Below are positions 58,970 through 64,000 of a DNA stretch of 64,000 nt, in pieces (the first letter of the stretch is position 1; each line of letters starts with the position of its first letter). The notes beneath the pieces were generated by a model. That model worked only from the letters and a program-made list of their open reading frames with translations. It did not search any database and was not told the origin of the DNA. Source of the DNA: an uncultured Rikenellaceae bacterium (GTDB lineage Bacteria > Bacteroidota > Bacteroidia > Bacteroidales > VadinHA17); contig CAYMFM010000002.1 in NCBI GenBank assembly GCA_964389685.1, forward strand, positions 97,909-161,908, in the 5' to 3' direction. The position numbers were made by a program, and so were the translations under genes.

Positions 58970-60121
58970 TTAGTGGTTCAAATCCCTGTTTGTCCATCCA
59001 TCGGTTAAGGTTGTAAGGAAAGCAACCAAATCTTCAATCTCCTGGTTAGTCAGTTGAAGGTTCCCGAGTTCATCTTTGTTGACGTTTTCTGCAACTTCAG
59101 GAGCAGGCCATGGGGCAATATCCCGTGTATTATAGAAAGCAATTACCTCGAAAAGAGTTTTGAATACTCCGTTGTGCATGTAGGGAGCCGTTATGGCAAT
59201 ATTACGCAAAGTAGGTACACGGAACTTACCGTTCTCACCCGGATCCATAACCGTTTCCCCCAACCCCAGGTCCACAAAATCAAAACCATCCGGATTCAGG
59301 TCCTCCGGCAAGAGATAGAATGGGTTTTCCGGATTGCTCGGAACACCTAAATTATCATAGGTGTAGTCTGTAAATAACGGACCGACTCCCTCAACGGTAG
59401 GAAAGCTCGGATGGCATGCATCACAGTTCCCCTTTTCCTCCGATACAAACAGCTGTAAGCCACGCATTTCAGATTCCGTTAATTCAGCTTCTCCTTTCAA
59501 CCAGAGATCATACTTTGAGTCAAAAGGGCTGACTTCGCTGCTCTGTTCATAGGCCGCAATGGCTTCTAACATGAATGTGAAGGCTTGCACCGCTTCGCTT
59601 AATGCTCCCGGTCCGAAAACATCGCTAAACAGATCAGCATAATCCAGTTTACGGAGTGATTCGGCAATTGTAATGGTATCCGGATTAGCCATTTCAAGAG
59701 GGTTTAAAGGAGGACCTGCAGCCTGTTCTAAAAGATCATTTGCCCTGCCATCCCAGAAGAGACCTCCAAACCAAATGCTCTCCTCCTCATCGTATTGCAG
59801 GGGTGGAATATAGGCTGCATAGGCAATCGTCATGTCATTCCGGTTGCCATATATACCCGGACGGGCACCCCTGGATACAGGCAGGTCCCTGTCAGGATCA
59901 GCAAAACCCGCAGAAGGATCATGACAGAAAGAACAATCCTGCCCGGGAGGTGTAGAAAGACTCTTTTCAAAGAATAATAATTTCCCGAGCTGTTCTTTTT
60001 TTGTTGACGAATCATGGGTAGCAACACCCGTCATAACAGAACGGGTATCATTCGTAACATCACCTTTTGGCTGACAGCCGGCAATGCATACAATGAGTGT
60101 GATGGAATAGATCCTTTTCAT
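58970..60121 (-). CDS. di-haem cytochrome c peroxidase (CCP/MauG family) lipoprotein
   Basis: Two CxxCH motifs (CSFCH, CDACH) and lipobox IAGC. The ATG at 60121 (MKRIYSITL...) is preferred over the track start at 60190. Confidence 0.85.
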   Translation of the reverse strand: MKRIYSITLIVCIAGCQPKGDVTNDTRSVMTGVATHDSSTKKEQLGKLLFFEKSLSTPPGQDCSFCHDPSAGFADPDRDLPVSRGARPGIYGNRNDMTIAYAAYIPPLQYDEEESIWFGGLFWDGRANDLLEQAAGPPLNPLEMANPDTITIAESLRKLDYADLFSDVFGPGALSEAVQAFTFMLEAIAAYEQSSEVSPFDSKYDLWLKGEAELTESEMRGLQLFVSEEKGNCDACHPSFPTVEGVGPLFTDYTYDNLGVPSNPENPFYLLPEDLNPDGFDFVDLGLGETVMDPGENGKFRVPTLRNIAITAPYMHNGVFKTLFEVIAFYNTRDIAPWPAPEVAENVNKDELGNLQLTNQEIEDLVAFLTTLTDGWTNRDLNH

Positions 60122-60221
60122 TACTTGGGCTAATTTTAATACATTTGATTCAACAGTAAGCAAATACAAAACGAGAACGATGGATTGCACACTTCTCGTA
60201 TCGTGCTGGAAAAATTACAAA

Positions 60222-60229
60222 TAATTTTG
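60222..60229 (+). promoter_or_regulatory. candidate Bacteroidota -7 promoter box (TAnnTTTG)
   Basis: Exact match taattttg, only 7 nt upstream of the ATG at 60237. This would imply a near-leaderless mRNA or a downstream start. Confidence 0.2.
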
Positions 60230-60236
60230 TGAAAAA

Positions 60237-62807
60237 ATGAAACAAACAACTCATTTTGCATTGCGGTTAACCTCAACCCTGTTGTTTTTATTACTCTGCT
60301 TTGCGTGCACCCGATCCGATGGTCCTGAATTTTCAGCGGACATCATCAGCCAGATCCCCTGGCGAAGCATCGGTCCGGGAAGATACGGGGGTAGAATATC
60401 CGATATTGAAGTAGTCCAGCAGGAGAAGCTGACGGTTTATATTTCAGCTTCTACAGGAGGAGTATTCAGGTCTGTTGATACCTGTCGAACCTGGAGCCCC
60501 CTGTTTGATCATGTAGGAAATTCACTTTCTATCGGAGATATGGCGATATCCTTTTCAGATCCTGAAATAATCTGGGTTGGAACGGGAGAGGCATCCGGTG
60601 AACAAAGCTCCGCCTCCATTGGTGACGGAGTATACAAATCCCTGGATGGCGGGTCAACCTGGCAGCACGTGGGATTGGAAAAGACCCGGCACATTTCAAG
60701 AATCCGTATCCATCCGGGAAATTCCGATGTTGTGTATGTTGCTGCTACCGGATCCCGATGGGGTGCCAATGAAGAGAGGGGAATTTACCGTACAACGGAT
60801 GGTGGACAAACCTGGGAAAAGATACTATATGTTGATGACAACACCGGGTTCTCCGATCTGCTTCTGTTTCCGGATGGAACAACCCTTTTGGCTTCTGCAT
60901 GGCAGCAATACCGGAATGCCTGGGCTCATGTCCAGAAGGGGCCCAATAGCGGGTTGTACCGCTCAACGGATGGAGGAGATTCCTGGAACAAAATTGAAGA
61001 AGTGATCCCACAGGACAATATTGGCCGGATTGCTCTGGACTATGCTCCTTCAGATCCCGACCGGGTTTATGCCTGTCTGGAACACGATTCCCTGGGATTT
61101 TTCAAATCGGGAAATATGGGTGAGACCTGGGTTTCTATGAATGACAGGGTGCGTACATCCTACTGGTACGGAAGGATCTATGTCGATCCGGTCAATGAAG
61201 AAAGGGTGTGGATAATGGGTACATTGGTGCAGGAAACCACGGATGGAGGAAATTCATTCAACCGGATACAAATGAAGGGTGTACACGCGGACCACCACGT
61301 GGTATGGATGAACCCGGAAGAGAGTGCTTTTATGATTTTGGGCAATGATGGTGGGCTATACCTTTCACACGACAGGGGAACAGCCTGGACTTTTATTGGT
61401 AACCTTCCGATCGGACAATACTATAACATCAGCACCGACCATCGCGACCCCTACTGGATCTATGGAGGACTGCAGGATAATGGTGTCTGGGGTGCCCCGT
61501 CCAAATCTTACTGCAACAAGCTGATCTGTAACAGTGATTACATATCTGTTGTTGGTGGCGATGGCTTCTATTCTGCTTCAGAACCACTCGATGCCAATGT
61601 GGTGTATGGGGAATTTCAGTATGGATTCATTGTCCGGTATAATATCAACACGGATGAACGAAAATCAATCCGGCCCAAACCGGAATCGGAAGAGGAGGAA
61701 TACAGGTTTACCTGGAACACTCCCTTTTTTATCTCCCCGCACAAACCACATGCACTCTATATTGGTGGTAATAAACTTTTCAAATCGACAGACCGTGGTG
61801 AAAACTGGGAGGTTATCAGTGAGGATCTGACACGAGGACCCAAACCGGATACCATTGCCATCATGGAAATAAAACCCGTGAGGAAACCCTATGCCGCACT
61901 TACTGTACTGTGCGAATCTCCGCTCAGGAAAGGATTGATCTATGCCGGGACTGATGACGGGAACCTGTATCTTACCATGGATGACGGGGAAACATGGACA
62001 GACCTGACTGAAAAACTGCCCGGTCCGCAGGACCGTTTTCTTACCCGGATAGTGGCTTCCGTTCATGACCTTGCCACGGCTTATGTAGCATATGGCAGGT
62101 ATTATGAAGCCGATGACTTTACTCCCTACCTGTTCAGGACCTCCGATTTTGGGGAGACCTGGATTGATATTACGGGAGATATGCCTGGAATGGCACTGGT
62201 GAAAGGCTTTGCAGAACATCCCGGAAATCCACACCTCCTGTTTGCCGGAATACACAATGGATTGCTGATCAGCATCGATGACGGGATACACTGGGTTCAA
62301 CCCAATAACCTGTTAAAGGTAGCTGTAGATGATATTGAGATCGCAGCATTGGATAATGACCTGGTCCTGGGGTCCTATGGTCGTGGATTATTCATCTGGG
62401 ATGATATTACCATGCTGGAGGAACTTACAAAAGAAGTGCTGGAACAGGAGGTTTTTCTGTTTACTCCGAGGGAAACGATTTTGAATGATACGGTTGAACT
62501 GGAAGAAGAGAATGATCCTTACGATTTCAAAGCACCCAATCCGCCTGCAGGAGTACTCATAACCTATTACCTGAAAGGAGAACCAAAATCAGAGAAAAAG
62601 AAAGTCCGAATCAAAATCACGGACCCGAAAGGAAATACAATGAAGGAAATCTCGGGGACAAACCACAGCGGATTAAATCGGATAACCTGGGACCTGGAAG
62701 GTGCCGATCCCGGTACATACACCATTTCCCTGATGGCACATGGAGAAACATTGAACCGGAGTGTTTCTGTGAAACCTCCCACCTATAGGAGGAATTTCTG
62801 GCACTGA
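60237..62807 (+). CDS. BNR/Asp-box repeat, sortilin/Vps10-like beta-propeller protein
   Basis: At least 9 Asp-box-like motifs SxDxGxTW (SLDGGSTW, TTDGGQTW, STDGGDSW, STDRGENW, TMDDGETW, TSDFGETW and others) after a signal peptide. Confidence 0.75.
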   Translation: MKQTTHFALRLTSTLLFLLLCFACTRSDGPEFSADIISQIPWRSIGPGRYGGRISDIEVVQQEKLTVYISASTGGVFRSVDTCRTWSPLFDHVGNSLSIGDMAISFSDPEIIWVGTGEASGEQSSASIGDGVYKSLDGGSTWQHVGLEKTRHISRIRIHPGNSDVVYVAATGSRWGANEERGIYRTTDGGQTWEKILYVDDNTGFSDLLLFPDGTTLLASAWQQYRNAWAHVQKGPNSGLYRSTDGGDSWNKIEEVIPQDNIGRIALDYAPSDPDRVYACLEHDSLGFFKSGNMGETWVSMNDRVRTSYWYGRIYVDPVNEERVWIMGTLVQETTDGGNSFNRIQMKGVHADHHVVWMNPEESAFMILGNDGGLYLSHDRGTAWTFIGNLPIGQYYNISTDHRDPYWIYGGLQDNGVWGAPSKSYCNKLICNSDYISVVGGDGFYSASEPLDANVVYGEFQYGFIVRYNINTDERKSIRPKPESEEEEYRFTWNTPFFISPHKPHALYIGGNKLFKSTDRGENWEVISEDLTRGPKPDTIAIMEIKPVRKPYAALTVLCESPLRKGLIYAGTDDGNLYLTMDDGETWTDLTEKLPGPQDRFLTRIVASVHDLATAYVAYGRYYEADDFTPYLFRTSDFGETWIDITGDMPGMALVKGFAEHPGNPHLLFAGIHNGLLISIDDGIHWVQPNNLLKVAVDDIEIAALDNDLVLGSYGRGLFIWDDITMLEELTKEVLEQEVFLFTPRETILNDTVELEEENDPYDFKAPNPPAGVLITYYLKGEPKSEKKKVRIKITDPKGNTMKEISGTNHSGLNRITWDLEGADPGTYTISLMAHGETLNRSVSVKPPTYRRNFWH

Positions 62808-62867
62808 TTGTATCAAATAACATGTCGGATGATTTGAAATATTTGTCTAATTCATTGATAAATTATC

Positions 62868-62937
62868 TGTGTCGCACCTACGGAGCGATTATGCCTTAAT
62901 ATTATTCTATGCTACCAATGTGTTGCTCCTACGGAGC
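62868..62937. repeat. two copies of the ...gcNcctacggagc... motif; the second is the 27 nt match to 21163-21189
   Basis: tgtgtcgcacctacggagc (62868-62886) and gctaccaatgtgttgctcctacggagc (62911-62937). The latter differs from the 21163-21189 copy at 2 of 27 positions. Confidence 0.75.
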
Positions 62938-62991
62938 AATTATAATATACCGAAAAAGATTTTTAATTTGGTTTTGTTTGGATAGAAATTT

Positions 62992-63139
62992 AAATCCTGA
63001 TACATACCCCGAAAAGGGGTATAATAATGAGTAACCACCGGTGGCTACCGGTGGTTAATAAACGTACGAGAAGACAACAACCCTATTGGGGTTGAATTGT
63101 TCTTCATAATGCTATACTATTAAACCCCTTTCAGGATTT
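62992..63139 (+). other. candidate structured RNA / MITE-like element (multi-hairpin, closed by 9 bp outer stem)
   Basis: The outer stem aaatcctga (62992-63000) pairs with tcaggattt (63131-63139) and is followed by a T-run. Inner hairpins are atacccc-gaaaa-ggggtat (63004-63022), taaccaccggt-ggct-accggtggtta (63032-63057) and caaccc-tattg-gggttg (63078-63094). Strand and function are unknown. Confidence 0.4.
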
Positions 63140-63218
63140 TTTGTTATAGTTTACAAGCGTTAAACTGGGGTTTTGTATATCTTGCAAACACAGTATAAAC
63201 GATAGGGTAACCGACTCA

Positions 63219-63878
63219 ATGGACAACCAAATGTCAGAAACACCAACTGAAAAAGAAACTTTTTTTTTTAAACCATTAACCGGTTATATCCATTCAAATG
63301 TGCTTGATTTCAGTACAATCCCTGAAGAGAGGAAGACTCAATTGAACGATATCACTGATTATATATCCGGAAAAGTAGGAGAAAGCAAGCCGGTAAACTT
63401 ACTTTTCATCTGTACCCACAATTCCCGGAGAAGCCAGATGAGCCAGCTCTGGGCACAGGTCGCTTCATCCTATTATCAGATACCACAAATTTTCTGTTAC
63501 TCGGGAGGTACGGAAGCTACAGCATTCAATACAAGGGCTGTCAATGCACTAAAAAAAGCAGGATTTCAGATGGAGTCAGATACGATTGGTTCAAATCCCG
63601 TCTACCGGGTAAGTTATGCTGATGGTGTAGATCCGGTTAAAGCCTTTTCAAAAAAGTTTTCACATCCGGTCAATCCGCACAACGATTTTATAGCGGTGAT
63701 GACCTGCTCGGATGCCGATGAAGCCTGCCCGGTTGTTCCGGGAGCATCAGCCAGGTTTTCCATTCCATACGAAGATCCCGGGACTGCAGATGGAACCCCG
63801 GAGGAGGAGTCTATATATGATGAACGTTGTCAACAGATCGCAACGGAAATGGTTTACCTGTTTGCTCAGGTGAAATAG
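63219..63878 (+). CDS. low-molecular-weight phosphotyrosine phosphatase / ArsC-type arsenate reductase family protein
   Basis: P-loop motif ICTHNSRRSQMSQ (Cx5R-S) and a later CSDADEACP. The N-terminal helical extension (IPEERK...) is as I recall it in Bacteroidota homologues. Confidence 0.75.
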   Translation: MDNQMSETPTEKETFFFKPLTGYIHSNVLDFSTIPEERKTQLNDITDYISGKVGESKPVNLLFICTHNSRRSQMSQLWAQVASSYYQIPQIFCYSGGTEATAFNTRAVNALKKAGFQMESDTIGSNPVYRVSYADGVDPVKAFSKKFSHPVNPHNDFIAVMTCSDADEACPVVPGASARFSIPYEDPGTADGTPEEESIYDERCQQIATEMVYLFAQVK

Positions 63879-64000
63879 TAATGGTTTTACCGGTCGGACC
63901 GGCTCCCTTGGGCCAGAGCACCTTCCAGCGGTCAGACCGAAAGGTACCGTCCGACCGTTTTCAACGGTCCGACGGATTTGGTTTGTTCAACAGCCGGACG

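Noticed and set aside
61665-62300. 211 aa minus-strand ORF inside the BNR-repeat gene
   Set aside because: It is antisense to a CDS that has nine recognisable Asp-box motifs. It has no motifs of its own and is a shadow ORF.

Overview
This 64 kb window looks like a chromosomal segment from a Bacteroidota genome. The pointers are TAnnTTTG-type -7 boxes, a fused ResB/CcsA cytochrome c biogenesis protein, a DUF2723 protein, a SPOR protein, a short ATP synthase epsilon subunit and an atpBEFHAG / atpDC split. All calls come from reading motifs in the ORF track and the DNA; no database search was possible.

Content is mostly housekeeping and densely coding, with 48 CDS called:
- a complete H+-type F1Fo ATP synthase in two clusters (atpZ-like, atpB-E-F-H-A-G at 31.5-37.4 kb; atpD-C at 40.4-42.2 kb)
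- the conserved yceD-rpmF-plsX-fabH cluster
- rsgA, selU (tRNA 2-selenouridine synthase) and a U32-family Fe-S protein
- two sensor kinases and an orphan receiver
- an ABC ATPase and an FtsX permease
- M28 and S9 peptidases
- a Na+/H+ exchanger fused to a cyclic-nucleotide-binding domain
- CcsBA, a di-haem cytochrome c peroxidase, a group II PLP decarboxylase, a GT9 glycosyltransferase, an aldehyde dehydrogenase overlapping a GMC oxidoreductase, and an ArsC/LMW-PTP-like protein

I could not support any rRNA, tRNA, CRISPR array, transposase, integrase or recognisable defence system.

I cannot show that any one locus here is a novel system. The points most worth a second look are:
1. An ABC ATPase and its FtsX permease are separated by a DUF4145-like/TM/TPR protein plus a 660 bp spacer full of hairpin repeats (13.9-19.9 kb).
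2. A family of short hairpin or MITE-like intergenic repeats recurs at five loci.
3. A roughly 150 nt multi-hairpin element with mutually exclusive pairings lies upstream of the arsC-like gene (about 62.99-63.14 kb).
4. selU sits next to an uncharacterised ORF and faces a U32 Fe-S protein.
5. Similar His/Glu-rich exported N-terminal tails occur on both AtpB and the Na+/H+ exchanger.
6. A 972 aa protein combines an HExxH domain, PD40-like repeats and a beta-barrel-like C-terminus.
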